Shown here piece by piece: positions 8,901 through 19,300 of a stretch of DNA of 64,000 nt (the first letter of the stretch is position 1; each line of letters begins with the position of its first letter). Position numbers and translations under genes: made by a program. The DNA is taken from sequence record NC_019929.1, one strand, 5' to 3'. The notes beneath the pieces are model-generated. The model was not told where the DNA came from, ran no database searches, and saw only the letters and a list, made by a program, of their open reading frames with translations.

Positions 8901-11900
8901 GCCGGGATAGCACGCGTTACTGCGAACTTCCCAACCTGCCAGGCAGCTTTCCCTACCAACGCAGCGGGTTTAAAGATACCCCACTTCGCCACGGTGCCGA
9001 GGATAGACCCGACGGTACCAAGGATACTGACAATCGGACCGATTAAAGGCAGACCCTTAAGCATGTCCATAATGCCACCCTTCTTCCCACCACGTTTCGG
9101 TGGTGCAGCGGCTTCCTCTTCTTCCTTGGTACGGCGACGGCGACGGAAGAACGAGAAGTAATCACGTTTCTCATCGGACTCTTTCGGCTTGTTACGACGA
9201 CCAAACTTCGAGAACATGGTGCGCAGTAACCCGTCTGACCCACCGGCTTTCTCTACCGAGTCGCGCATGGTGTTGAACCATGACATCTCTTGCAGATCAA
9301 CCATCCGGGACATACGGTCTAACAACCGACTGCCGAGCGAACGGGATTTGTCCGCAGCAGACCCAATCACATCAGCTGCTGCCCCCTTCACTTTATCCAC
9401 ATCGTCTTTGATGGCCGACTTGACTTTCTTGCCCGAGATACCGCCGCGCGCATTCAGGTGGTCACGGTAGAAGTCTGCCACATCATCATCACGTCCGGCT
9501 AAACGGCGCGCGACTTCGTAACGGGTAGCGATGTCGTGACGTGATCCGCGGAACGAATCCACGATGTTGTTGCCACGTTCTACCACATTCCCGAATTCGT
9601 CACGCACAGTATCCATCCCGTCACCGACACGACCACGGAACCGACCCCAACGTTTACCGAACCGACGACGAGCCATCACTTTGGCCCGACGGAGCGCCTG
9701 AGCGGCTTGACCGCGTAAGCCTCTGCCACCCCCGACGTTCTTCTCCATCTGCTCAGTCCAACCTTCATCCTCCGCCTCACCGGCTAAGCGCTTGTTCAGC
9801 AACTTATAGATGCGGATTAAGATGTGGTTAGTCTTACGGGCATTGGACATCGAAAACAGCGAGATACCACCGCCCCCACCACCTTCACGGTTTTGCCACC
9901 ACCGGGTCAGTGGGTTGTTCTGGGCCATGTCCTTGAACTTGTCCCAGCCGTTCTTGGCAACGTCCCACACTTTCTTCGGTAAACTGGTTACACGGGAGAA
10001 AGCAGCCTGGATGCGTGACTTCTCTTCGCCCTCGGGGATTTCATTCAGCCAGTCTTTGACCTTGGTCATGAATGACCCGGCTTTCGGGGAGATAAAGTCC
10101 AGCAAGCGTTTTGGCAGCTTCACAATCTTGTTCACCCCGGTACCGGCCTTTTGAGCCAGTATCTGGAACAGGGCTTGTGCTTTACCGCCTTTGTAGTAAC
10201 GCAGCTTTCCGGCTTTGGCTAAATCGGCCGCAGCAAGAATCAGGTTCCCGGCCTCATCAACAATGTCACGACCGAGACGAATATCATCCAGCGTCTTCAG
10301 CTGTTTCATTTTCGCACCCGACCCACTGGAGACCTGGTAATATTCCCCGGCTTCCAGTTTCGCGCCTTGCAGCACGACATTGCCCTTCTCATCAAAGATG
10401 TCACGGATACCCAGGGTACCTTTTACAAAGCCAGAGGCTGAGTTCCACGCCCCTTCAAACCCCCCTGTGACTAAGCCCCGAATCTTCGACAGAATCCCTG
10501 GCCCTTCACCGCCCCCAAACTTACCACGGGCCCAAGAACCGAATTTACCCAGACGGTCTTTTGCCCCTTTACCCAAACGACCGGCAAAGCGACCCATCCC
10601 GGCAGCGGAGTCAAACAACACTCCACCCCAACGACGCAGTAACCCATCTTCCCCGATGATGATACGACGACGGCGACCGCCGCCACCCGGACCACCCCGC
10701 GGCGGACGCGGTGGGCCTTGAATATCATCCGACCCGTCACCCCCTGGACCGCCACCGCCTGCCAATGACGCTAACAGCACACCCTCTTCATCCATGCTTT
10801 TCACATGCTCGAGGATTTTCTGTACCACGGACAAGTTGCTGGATTCACGGATAGCCGCGACCACCCGGTCGGTTTGACCAGACTGGTCTTGTGCCTGGTT
10901 ACGCTGGCTTAACAGTTCCACAAAGTTCGTGGAGGTTTCCCCGTAAAGCACTGCGGCTAACTGGCGTGGGTTCAGTCCTTTTCCGCCCTTGCCTTTTCCT
11001 TTCCCGCCTAATCCTGGCGGTAAGGAGGTATCGTCGTCTGCCGGGCCGCCGCTCCCCGCCCCCATACGGCGCAGGTAGTCCCCGAGCGCCGAACCGTTCT
11101 GCAACTTCTTGGCAATTTCCTGGTCACGCGTTAATGCACGACCAGTACGGGTTTTACCCATAGCCAGGTTATTGAAGAGGGTATAGGGATCGGACAGGTC
11201 TTTGTCTACGGCGAACACATCACTTTTCGCATCGTAGTTAAAGATACCCGCATCGCGCAGAGCACGTTCCCCGTAAATGTTCGCAGCTTCATCAATCATG
11301 CTCTGACGGGCAGTAATTGACGACTGGATGGTAGCGATACGGGACGCCAGTTCGTTACTCAGTTCCGCATGACCACCGGTAAGACCCTCTGAGCGTCTCT
11401 GTAAGATGCCCTGGAGCTTCTCAGAGCCGTTGCCACCCATGTGTCGCATTAAGTGGCTAGAGTCTTTCAGGATGGCTCCTACGTCGAATGCGCGGCCTTG
11501 TGAGGCACGGGACTCAACATAGTCAGCCAGGTGCTGACGTTCTTTGGCGGAAAGTTCCCCTTTGTCGTCAATGAAGTCAACGGTTTTGTTGATTGACCCT
11601 TGCAGACGCAGACGCTGTTCATCGTTGGCTACCGCTTTACGGACACGGTTACCAATCACCTTACGGTCAACGAATCCCCGGCTGGTGATGTCGTATTCCA
11701 TGTCTGCATGTTCACCGTAGCCACGCCGAATCGATTTGTTGATTTCGGATAACCAGGCCGGGATAATCTCGGTCAAGGTTAAGTGAGCTTTACGGTCAAA
11801 CTTGGCCGAGCGTTGCATCGCTGCACCGTCACGTTCATCCAGGAACGCTTTCTCACGGTTCAGCGGTTGTACAATCCCCATCTCGTTGAGGAAACGGAAG

Positions 11901-13132
11901 ATGTCGGCCAACGGGCCTTCGGATTCACCGGCGATGGCCGAGTTGGAAATCGATGACAGGTTCTGGAAATTGAATTTCCCCGCCTGCAACCGTTTCATCA
12001 CCTCGGGGTTCTTTTCCAGTTCCTCGCGTGACCACTTCTGCAATTTCTCGATTTGTGGGCCGAGCAGTTTCTTCGCTAACCACCCGGAACCCCAGCCCAC
12101 GGTTTTATCGCGGGCATTGGTTTTCCGTTTCTCGGCGGTCAGGGACGAGCTGTCATCCATCCCAAAATCGTCTTCCACACCCATACCGAGCAATTGCTCG
12201 AGCATCCCGCGGCCTTCACCGAAGGCATTGCTGATTTTCTTTTTGGCATTCTCACGGATTTGGTCAATAAACCCATCAGCGTGTTTCAGGGGGTTTATCC
12301 ACTCCGCGGCTTTACGTTTTACGTTTGCCCAGTGAACTTCCGAGAACTCCTCTTTCGCGTAGTCCGGTAACGCGGTGTTCTTCTGGATAGCTTCGAGTGC
12401 TGGGGTGTTACGGTCAAACTCATCCTGTTTCAGTTTGGCCAAATCCTGCAAGGCGAACAGTGTCCGGTATTGCAGTTCCAGTTGTTTACGCTGGACGTTT
12501 AAGAACACCCCACGGTGCAAACTGGTGGTGAGACTGATGTCCTTGGCGATGCCGATAACTGTCTGGAACATCGCATCGGACTTCATCTGTTGGACGGAGT
12601 CACGGATACGGTCTTCGGTGGCGACTTCACGCATATCGCGTTGCTGTTCTTCGGTTGGGCCACCGCCCCCGAATACTTCGCCCAGCTCCCTGTCCATCAT
12701 CGCCTGTTTCGGATCGTAGTTGTTGTATTCAACTTGATCCGATTTTGCCCACTTATCAATTTTGCGGGTCATGGCATCTGGCAGATACCGTTTGAGGGTT
12801 GGGCCTAACTGTCGCGCTTGCTGCTTAATCATGCGCTCAGTCTTGACAAGCTCATCCTTCGTATGGGCAACTATATCCTTCCCCGCAGCTGCCACGTTCT
12901 GGTAGCCGTCGTAGGCATCTGCCGCAGGCTTTGGTAATCCTTTCAGGATGACCTGATCACGTTTCCCTTTTGGCCAGATAGTTGAGAGGGCGGACTTACG
13001 CGCAACGCGCAAGGTGTCCATAATCGGGTTACGACTCTTGTCTGTATTTCGTGGTGGCTCGCCGAAGTCATCCCAGTCGTCCATCCTGTCGAGATCAAGA
13101 TCGTCGAAGTCGTCTCTGCCTTTTTTAGCCAT
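5984..13132 (-). CDS. Tail tape-measure protein with lytic transglycosylase domain (phiKZ gp181-like)
   Basis: 2382 aa, helical, hydrophobic TM-like segment (GPIVSILGTV...AWLAYH), SLT motifs AMAKAESS and GLFQFINGTW; divergent from the vRNAP genes as in phiKZ-like phages. Confidence 0.85.
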   Translation of the reverse strand: MAKKGRDDFDDLDLDRMDDWDDFGEPPRNTDKSRNPIMDTLRVARKSALSTIWPKGKRDQVILKGLPKPAADAYDGYQNVAAAGKDIVAHTKDELVKTERMIKQQARQLGPTLKRYLPDAMTRKIDKWAKSDQVEYNNYDPKQAMMDRELGEVFGGGGPTEEQQRDMREVATEDRIRDSVQQMKSDAMFQTVIGIAKDISLTTSLHRGVFLNVQRKQLELQYRTLFALQDLAKLKQDEFDRNTPALEAIQKNTALPDYAKEEFSEVHWANVKRKAAEWINPLKHADGFIDQIRENAKKKISNAFGEGRGMLEQLLGMGVEDDFGMDDSSSLTAEKRKTNARDKTVGWGSGWLAKKLLGPQIEKLQKWSREELEKNPEVMKRLQAGKFNFQNLSSISNSAIAGESEGPLADIFRFLNEMGIVQPLNREKAFLDERDGAAMQRSAKFDRKAHLTLTEIIPAWLSEINKSIRRGYGEHADMEYDITSRGFVDRKVIGNRVRKAVANDEQRLRLQGSINKTVDFIDDKGELSAKERQHLADYVESRASQGRAFDVGAILKDSSHLMRHMGGNGSEKLQGILQRRSEGLTGGHAELSNELASRIATIQSSITARQSMIDEAANIYGERALRDAGIFNYDAKSDVFAVDKDLSDPYTLFNNLAMGKTRTGRALTRDQEIAKKLQNGSALGDYLRRMGAGSGGPADDDTSLPPGLGGKGKGKGGKGLNPRQLAAVLYGETSTNFVELLSQRNQAQDQSGQTDRVVAAIRESSNLSVVQKILEHVKSMDEEGVLLASLAGGGGPGGDGSDDIQGPPRPPRGGPGGGGRRRRIIIGEDGLLRRWGGVLFDSAAGMGRFAGRLGKGAKDRLGKFGSWARGKFGGGEGPGILSKIRGLVTGGFEGAWNSASGFVKGTLGIRDIFDEKGNVVLQGAKLEAGEYYQVSSGSGAKMKQLKTLDDIRLGRDIVDEAGNLILAAADLAKAGKLRYYKGGKAQALFQILAQKAGTGVNKIVKLPKRLLDFISPKAGSFMTKVKDWLNEIPEGEEKSRIQAAFSRVTSLPKKVWDVAKNGWDKFKDMAQNNPLTRWWQNREGGGGGGISLFSMSNARKTNHILIRIYKLLNKRLAGEAEDEGWTEQMEKNVGGGRGLRGQAAQALRRAKVMARRRFGKRWGRFRGRVGDGMDTVRDEFGNVVERGNNIVDSFRGSRHDIATRYEVARRLAGRDDDVADFYRDHLNARGGISGKKVKSAIKDDVDKVKGAAADVIGSAADKSRSLGSRLLDRMSRMVDLQEMSWFNTMRDSVEKAGGSDGLLRTMFSKFGRRNKPKESDEKRDYFSFFRRRRRTKEEEEAAAPPKRGGKKGGIMDMLKGLPLIGPIVSILGTVGSILGTVAKWGIFKPAALVGKAAWQVGKFAVTRAIPAVATGLYTAASAVVAAVGWPAIAIGAAVVGASWLAYHIATYKAALRLDKMRLAQYGYRNNDAWSSDDGAKARFLEDNIKQYISYDDKGQATLRGMAAKDVEKLAEGYGVNLEEKGEMLAFQAFMLQRFVPVYLRWVTALKSMDNDIQLADVADQSKTSKADQKRLWAKVKMSKDANAFHALTDPRKVNQGFFSKAWDAITFTSPDLLDADEVMKVQDRVGKEIDWLVDDKIAEKKGMREAVDGVKSASVAESTQKLAALDKARNDNTIKTQGWEDGTEQVQIQVDWNAVADKKDLDALESLRWKTYGLVTIDSAARTQLNLFEKEVIKDVDTKSASYKGDWKKAVAVLAPDAIGGPKEDRYKLWFFSRFLPAFMTFLVGVKRYLPAGDPLNLKMTGGYLYEIALLVRGAYNLKGGVRQSVWEIPFNPLGGEANTDPRTVDKELETLRVLSKEADLAVRNLLKETQSAGKRAQWQRRDKNTNFFQTSGDDPQSKFFETYGKGSDAANRANGYAAAPGFNGTPNDLSQSVDAVGGIENYAKMTTGQSGISLGEVQAGDYKSLAEKYPIEKLGRRGALNVQAIQSMIVDAAKMFGVPPAVALAMAKAESSYDYTVTNSAGSAGGLFQFINGTWGDMMKGHGNKFGIPNKLNRNGGQLDPWANTLLGMQFIRDNIASAQRDLGGAAPPPAVAYLYHFLGAGGGKLFLKAWQKNPTAPSARAPGITAAILSGNKGVFYDGQGRNRTIGEVIQELNRRMGAVSANVMSAAPGMTADLTKNLSPANPAVAAGAANDPSIAGAADDLPADNAARRDDALDAKGAQAAADAQATASGNAGPAVPSPGAGTSGGDASTTADGVAAAAAADGLSPTDVAKVKAGAEKQLQKAAQQPAANSSDATASTPTLNTVPVDVQQLNVLKESAGYLKEIRDYMKANPGRGLSTGGNQAQAQGQAPAGSASRQQPITQPAPSLNVQRKVG

Positions 13133-13161
13133 GTTGATAATTCCAATTCAGGAGCTTAAAA

Positions 13162-14775
13162 GTGAAAAAGCTAAACTGGGTTGACTTTTATTTATTAAAC
13201 GTCAACAAGTCCCTGGTGTCGCAACTCAAACCCGTAACATCGACAGACACCTTTCAGGGGTTGACGAAAAACTTTCACCCTGAGGGACTGTACTCAACCG
13301 ACATCTTCGGTCTGACGGGAAGTGAAGCGCGCGACAGTACATTCTCGTACATCGATATCAAACTGGATATCATTTCGCCCACCGTGTGTTTGGCCATGTT
13401 TCAGCTGAAACAGCTGTACGAAGAAATCTGTTCCGGGAAACGCTTTGCGACCTGGAACGAGAAAGAAAAAGACTTTGAGCCAGCGCTGCCCAGTGAAAAA
13501 GGTGCAGACACCGGCTTTAACTTCTTCTTAAGTCATTACACCGAACTTGACCCGAGCCGGAACGATTCCCTGCGTCGTGATGAGTCCGTTGACTTCTTCA
13601 ATAAATTCCGACCCGTCAGTTTGAGTCGTTACGTGTTAGTCCTGCCAGCCGGTCTGCGTGACCTGGTGGTACGCCCTGACGGTCGTGACCAGGAAGATGA
13701 CATTGGTGGTTTGTACCGCCGTCTGGTCTCCTTGTCCCGTGCGATTCCTGACCGCAATGCGCGTACCGAATTGACTGACCCCGTCCGCTGGAAACTCCAG
13801 CAAACCTTTAACGAAATTTGGATGTACTTCTTTAACATCCAGGACGGCAAGGGTGGTTTTGCTCGGCGTAAGGTAACGTCCCGTAAACTCCTGAACGGTA
13901 CCCGTAACGTACTGTCTTCGTTCTCAACCGGTTCTAAGGTGATGGGGCGTGAGGATGCGGTACGTCCAACCGATACGCGTATCGGTCTGTACCAAACCTT
14001 GAAGGCGCTCCTCCCGGTTGCCCAGTACAACATCCGCGAACGTTACCTCAGTAACATCCGTGCGGGTGACGGGAACCTTTACGGGGTGAACACCAAAACC
14101 CTCAAGCGGGAATTCTTAGAAGTGCCGGGGCGGGTCTATGACCTCTACGCCACCGACGATGGTATTGAGTTACTCATCAACCGCATGGAAGCTCGCGAGC
14201 TTCGCCATCAGCCGATGATGATTGACAAAGACCATTACGTTGCTCTGATTTATCAGGACAAGAAGCACTTCAAAGTCTTCTACGACATTGAAGAACTCCC
14301 TGAAGGATTCTCGCGCAAACTGGTACGCGGAATTTCATTAGCCGAACTGCTCTACCTTTCCGGATACGATCTCTGGAATGACTACTTCTCATTCATTACT
14401 CGTTACCCTGTAACGGGTCGTGGATCGACTTACTCCTCGACCATAAGATTGGAGACCACGACGTCATCGCTCTATTTAAAAGAGCTGGAAGACGACTGGG
14501 TGACCGTAAAAGCCAAGGGTGCCACGAGCTTCCCTGACCGTAACGTGCCGACCTTTGTGGAATCTATGGCCCCCCATCCTTCCCGATTGGGCGGGCTGGG
14601 TGGTGACTACGACGGCGATACTGGCTCAGCCAACAGCCCGATGTCACAAGAAGCCCTCGAGGAGAATAGAAAGTGGGTCAATTCAAAGAACTACTGGTTT
14701 GCGACTGACGGCAGTTTCAAAGTCCAACCTGTCAACAATGTGATTAAGCGTGCGACGCAAGCTCTGTTGAAATGA
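13162..14775 (+). CDS. rpoC-like: Virion RNA polymerase beta' N-terminal subunit (phiKZ gp180-like)
   Basis: GLYSTDIFG, GRxxARRKVTSRK, RYPV and catalytic GGDYDGD (DxDGD) motif. Confidence 0.9.
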   Translation: MKKLNWVDFYLLNVNKSLVSQLKPVTSTDTFQGLTKNFHPEGLYSTDIFGLTGSEARDSTFSYIDIKLDIISPTVCLAMFQLKQLYEEICSGKRFATWNEKEKDFEPALPSEKGADTGFNFFLSHYTELDPSRNDSLRRDESVDFFNKFRPVSLSRYVLVLPAGLRDLVVRPDGRDQEDDIGGLYRRLVSLSRAIPDRNARTELTDPVRWKLQQTFNEIWMYFFNIQDGKGGFARRKVTSRKLLNGTRNVLSSFSTGSKVMGREDAVRPTDTRIGLYQTLKALLPVAQYNIRERYLSNIRAGDGNLYGVNTKTLKREFLEVPGRVYDLYATDDGIELLINRMEARELRHQPMMIDKDHYVALIYQDKKHFKVFYDIEELPEGFSRKLVRGISLAELLYLSGYDLWNDYFSFITRYPVTGRGSTYSSTIRLETTTSSLYLKELEDDWVTVKAKGATSFPDRNVPTFVESMAPHPSRLGGLGGDYDGDTGSANSPMSQEALEENRKWVNSKNYWFATDGSFKVQPVNNVIKRATQALLK

Positions 14776-14790
14776 CCATAAGGCTCGACT

Positions 14791-17700
14791 ATGCTTCTCA
14801 TTAAGCAGTTTAACCAACGCTTCTCTGTGCGTAAAACGGATGAGTTCGGGAAACCGCGTATCATCCCGCTGGAGAAGTTGCAGATTCCGCGCGGGGCCGT
14901 TTTCCATACCATCGACCTTGACCAGGTCGTTCTGGCTCCGCCGGTCAGCACCCCGATTCTCCAGGACTTAGAAAAGCCTGCGCAGATTCGTCACCACTTC
15001 AAACTGCCTGAAGAAGGTATCTCTGGCCACCCACGCAATAAACCAGTGCAGGGGCAAGAGAAAGCGATTTTCCAGTACCACCGTGTGAACCGTAGTTTCC
15101 GTCGCCTGTCGTCTGACGCCCTGGTGCGTAAAGACCTGAAAACCCTGCTGATTGAAAACTACACCCCGATGCTGTCGCACTACATCTACCCGGACACGCA
15201 GCTGGCCTGGTATGACCGTCTGCGCAACATCATGGTCACCATGACCAACCAGTTCAAATACGATACCGCAGAGTACCTGCGTCAGAACTACTTCGTCATT
15301 GAGCTGGGTTCGACCCTGCCCTCCTTCAACAAATTCCAGACCACGTTTAACGACCGTGTGAAAACCAAACTGGAAAAGTTCCACGACTTCAACCTGTTGT
15401 GGCTGTTGGAAATCTTTGCCTGGGCGTACGGACATCAGAAAGACTCGCTGTTTGACGGTATGGACATTACCCAGCTGTCACGCATGAACTTCATCTTTAC
15501 CCACAACAGCGGCTTTACGTCGATGAACATGGGTCTGGTTGAGAAAATGCGTAAATCCTCTGGCGGGCGTCTGAGTGATGATCAGATGGGGCGTAACTTC
15601 TACAAGTCACTGGTACAGGTGATGACCCAGGCTCCGTCTGACGAGTACGAAGCCGAGTTCCTGACCCCGGAAGGTGAAGAACGTATCGTGACCCGTGACG
15701 AAGTCGAAGAAGACAACGTTGACCTGGTTGACGATAACGATGACGTGGATAATGAAGCGGACGTGCAGGACGATAACAGCTTCGATGAAAAAGAAGACCT
15801 GGTTATCGAAGCACCGAAAGAAGACATCAAAGCCACCACTATCGTTGTTGAGAAACACATTGCTCACGACGAAGTGATTAAGCAGGAAGTGAAGCGTCTG
15901 GCTGAGGCTGGACGCGTGACGTCGAAAGCGTACCAGTTCCTGTCTGATTCTTCGCAACGTTTCGTCAATCTGCCGAACCCGTACAACCCGAAAGAAACCT
16001 ACGGCCAGGCTTTGACCATCGACGTGAAAGACATCGAAGTCAAAGCCAAACCGAAAAAGATTGAGCGTCTGGTCACAGACGAGGCCTGGTTTGAAAACAC
16101 CAACGACCAGGTTATCTCCCAGTATAACAAGACCATGCTGCCGAAAGACGTCTTGTCCGCCGTAGCATCAACCCAGCGCCTGGGCTTGGCGATTCACAAC
16201 CACACGGTAGAGAAAGAAAACACCGTGACCGGTAAAGTGGAACACCACACCCTGCGCATTCAACCTATCGGTGGCGAACCGACCACTATCCGTTTCTCTA
16301 TCCCGTCGTTAACTGAAGACGGTACCTGGGTGGCGAACGGTGTGGAATACACCATGCGTAAGCAGCGTGTTGATTTGCCAATCCGTAAGGTTGCCCCGGA
16401 TACGGTTGCCCTGACCACTGCGTACGGCAAGAACTTTGTACGCCGCAGTGATAAAGTGGTAAACGATTACGGGCGTTGGTTGACGAATGCGATTATCACG
16501 CGTGCCGTTGACCCGAAAAACACCGAAGTGACTGATGCCAAACTGGCAAACGTGTTCGACCCTCTTCTGACGCTGCCACGTCAATACACCGAAGTGGCAC
16601 GGCGTGTAGCAACCTTCAATGCGATGGGCTACATGTGGAGTTTCGATTACAAAATGCGTGACACCTTCTTTGACAGTGATCAAATCGCCGACGCGGACCG
16701 CGCCAAACTGATCCCTGTTGCGAAGAAAGCGCGTAGCGAAATCATTCTCTGCATGGACGACAAGTCGCAGATGTACAAGGTCAAAGAAGACCAAGTCGAA
16801 CCGCTTGGCACCTTAGCTGAAATGCTGGGTGTTGATGAATCCAAAGCACCGCGTGAAATGACCGAACTGTCGCTGATGGGCAAGTCTGTTTCGCTCGGCT
16901 TCATCTTCTCCTTCTACCTTGGGTTGCAGGGGGCGTTGAAACACTTTGGTATCCAGTACGAACTCGTCCCGGCGGGTCAGCGTGTGGGCAAGTCGCAGTA
17001 CGACAGTATCATCCGTCTTCAAGATGCGAAGATTCTGGTGAATTGCGATAACGACCAGCAACGCATGATTCTCAACGGTCTTGACCGTTATTTGAAACAC
17101 CTGACTGCCTACACCGAGTCAGAAGTCGAACGTGAAGACATTTACCTGAACCTGTTACGTGATGCAGATGGCCTGACACCTCGGTACATCAAAGAGCTGA
17201 AACAAATGCGGACCGCCTTTGTTGACGACATGCACGCCCGTATCCTCAGGAAGATGGGTGAGCCGGAAACCTTTATCGGCTTGCTGGAACGTTCCAACGA
17301 AATGCTTCAGACCGACCAGACCTTGCCGGAAATCAACGGTGAGGAAATGATGTTCATCGGGAACCAGCGTATTGCGTACCACATCTATACCGCAATGGTG
17401 CGGGCGATGCGTAACTACAATAACGCACCGGGTGCGAACCGTAAGTTCGAACTGACGCAGGACATGATTTGGGGGGCTATTAACTCCGATCCGTCTGTGC
17501 TGTTGGCACCAGGGGCTAACCCGATTCAGAGCATCAAAGAGAAGGACGTGGTGACGATGGGCGGTACCGGTGGTCGTAACCGTAAGACCATGGTGTACCA
17601 CACCCGTGAGTTCCAGCCGTCTGACCTCGGTATCGTGTCGGGTAACACGGTCGATAACGGGGACGTAGGTATCACCGCGTTCTTAACCAACAACCCGGCT

Positions 17701-18957
17701 TTCGACACCATCGATGGTACCACGTACAAACGTAAAGACGAGTTAAAACCCGGAGAGGCGCTGTCGTTTATCGACGGGCTGGTACCGGACACCCTGATGG
17801 ATGACGCCAAGCGTCAGAACTTCGTCGGAATTCAGATGGGGTCAGCGACATCGTGCATCGGTGCTACGACGACCCCGTACCGTACTGAACAGGAGAAAGC
17901 AGTCGCACACCGTACGTCTGTGAAACACGCACGCGTGATTGACAAAGCAGGCAAAATCACGGGCATCTCTGATGACCACATTGAAATCACTTATGAAGAC
18001 GGTGAGAAAGAGGCATTCCCACTGGGTCGCTGGTTCGGCGCTCACGAAGGTACCTATTATCCTCACACCCTGGTGACTCGCTGGAAAGCCGGAGACAAAC
18101 TCCCGGCCGGTACAGTCATCACTTACAACGACCAACATTTCGAAGTCGATATTTACGATCCGACGCAGGTATCCTGGAAGAACGGGATTCTGGCTACGGT
18201 AGCGTTACCCGAAGGGGAAGAAGTAATTGAAGACTCCAATGCGATTAGTGAGCGGTTCGCCTCGAAAGCACAGTCTGACGTTACCAAACTCAAAGAGGTG
18301 ACGATTACCTTTACCCAGAACTTGCTCGAGATTGGTAAAGAAGGCGACCACGTCGACGTGGACTCAATTCTATGCACCTTTACCGACAACCTAACAGGCG
18401 ATATGTCGGGGTTCAGTAAAGAAGCTGCGGCAACCTTGCAAGACTTGAGTTCGTTCGCCCCACGCGCTGGGGTACGTGGCCACATCGATAAGATTGAGGT
18501 GGTGTATCACGGCGAAACCGAAGACATGACACCGTCACTGGCTGAACTGGTGCGCAAATACGACCGTATCCGTCGTAAGGCTGCACTGGCTGTCAACCGC
18601 GACGACCCTACTGATGGGCGTGTTACCGGGGACTACCGTGTTGAAGGGGTGCCGCTGGCGTATAACTCACTGTGTGTTCGATTCTATATCACGCACCGTG
18701 TAGATATGGCAGCTGCGGATAAAATGGTTATCGCGAACCAGCTGAAAACCACTGTGCAGGAAGTGATGCGTGGCGTGAACCGGACAGAGTCTGGTGATGA
18801 CATCGACATCCTCTTTGGTCGTGACTCAGTTGACGCCCGTATCGTTGGTTCGATTCAACGTATCGGAACAGCGAATGCGGTTGGCGAACGTGCAGGTATT
18901 CTCATCGGGGATATTCTCGATGGTAAAGACGTACCGGTACTGCCGACGAAACTTTAG
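14791..18957 (+). CDS. rpoB-like: Virion RNA polymerase beta subunit (phiKZ gp178-like)
   Basis: 1388 aa; GGTGGRNRK, DLGIV..NTVDNGDVG, RQNFVGIQM and ADKMVIANQLK match beta conserved regions; adjacent to beta'. Confidence 0.9.
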   Translation: MLLIKQFNQRFSVRKTDEFGKPRIIPLEKLQIPRGAVFHTIDLDQVVLAPPVSTPILQDLEKPAQIRHHFKLPEEGISGHPRNKPVQGQEKAIFQYHRVNRSFRRLSSDALVRKDLKTLLIENYTPMLSHYIYPDTQLAWYDRLRNIMVTMTNQFKYDTAEYLRQNYFVIELGSTLPSFNKFQTTFNDRVKTKLEKFHDFNLLWLLEIFAWAYGHQKDSLFDGMDITQLSRMNFIFTHNSGFTSMNMGLVEKMRKSSGGRLSDDQMGRNFYKSLVQVMTQAPSDEYEAEFLTPEGEERIVTRDEVEEDNVDLVDDNDDVDNEADVQDDNSFDEKEDLVIEAPKEDIKATTIVVEKHIAHDEVIKQEVKRLAEAGRVTSKAYQFLSDSSQRFVNLPNPYNPKETYGQALTIDVKDIEVKAKPKKIERLVTDEAWFENTNDQVISQYNKTMLPKDVLSAVASTQRLGLAIHNHTVEKENTVTGKVEHHTLRIQPIGGEPTTIRFSIPSLTEDGTWVANGVEYTMRKQRVDLPIRKVAPDTVALTTAYGKNFVRRSDKVVNDYGRWLTNAIITRAVDPKNTEVTDAKLANVFDPLLTLPRQYTEVARRVATFNAMGYMWSFDYKMRDTFFDSDQIADADRAKLIPVAKKARSEIILCMDDKSQMYKVKEDQVEPLGTLAEMLGVDESKAPREMTELSLMGKSVSLGFIFSFYLGLQGALKHFGIQYELVPAGQRVGKSQYDSIIRLQDAKILVNCDNDQQRMILNGLDRYLKHLTAYTESEVEREDIYLNLLRDADGLTPRYIKELKQMRTAFVDDMHARILRKMGEPETFIGLLERSNEMLQTDQTLPEINGEEMMFIGNQRIAYHIYTAMVRAMRNYNNAPGANRKFELTQDMIWGAINSDPSVLLAPGANPIQSIKEKDVVTMGGTGGRNRKTMVYHTREFQPSDLGIVSGNTVDNGDVGITAFLTNNPAFDTIDGTTYKRKDELKPGEALSFIDGLVPDTLMDDAKRQNFVGIQMGSATSCIGATTTPYRTEQEKAVAHRTSVKHARVIDKAGKITGISDDHIEITYEDGEKEAFPLGRWFGAHEGTYYPHTLVTRWKAGDKLPAGTVITYNDQHFEVDIYDPTQVSWKNGILATVALPEGEEVIEDSNAISERFASKAQSDVTKLKEVTITFTQNLLEIGKEGDHVDVDSILCTFTDNLTGDMSGFSKEAAATLQDLSSFAPRAGVRGHIDKIEVVYHGETEDMTPSLAELVRKYDRIRRKAALAVNRDDPTDGRVTGDYRVEGVPLAYNSLCVRFYITHRVDMAAADKMVIANQLKTTVQEVMRGVNRTESGDDIDILFGRDSVDARIVGSIQRIGTANAVGERAGILIGDILDGKDVPVLPTKL

Positions 18958-19006
18958 TCCTAAGGGTGGGTCGCTCCCACCCTCGTAAACAACTCCGGAG
19001 TTGAGA

Positions 19007-19300
19007 ATGAGTATTTTAGATTCTATCAAAATGCGTAACGGGATTCCGACTGGGAAAAATATCACCCAGCAAGAGACCGAAGGTTATTCCCCGCAACAGC
19101 GTTTGAATTTCGTCACGCTGGGCAATGCCGTTGAACTGACCACGGAAATCCTCCACGGTCTGATGAAAGGCAACAGCGGTCTGACTGACCGTCAGGGCGA
19201 TCAGCGTATGTTGAAACGCGACATCGCGGATTTAGTCGGTGCACGCATTACTGCGCGTATCCAGGAAGCAGTTAGCACCGAGAACGGGGGTCAGGCATGA
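19007..19300 (+). CDS. hypothetical protein (virion operon)
   Basis: ORF 19001..19300; ATG19007 has GGAG RBS; overlaps the next start. Confidence 0.75.
   Translation: MSILDSIKMRNGIPTGKNITQQETEGYSPQQRLNFVTLGNAVELTTEILHGLMKGNSGLTDRQGDQRMLKRDIADLVGARITARIQEAVSTENGGQA

Noticed and set aside
4266-12808. Many 60-230-aa plus-strand ORFs within the tail genes
   Set aside because: Antisense to long, motif-supported CDSs, with Ser/Arg-rich compositions typical of shadow frames.
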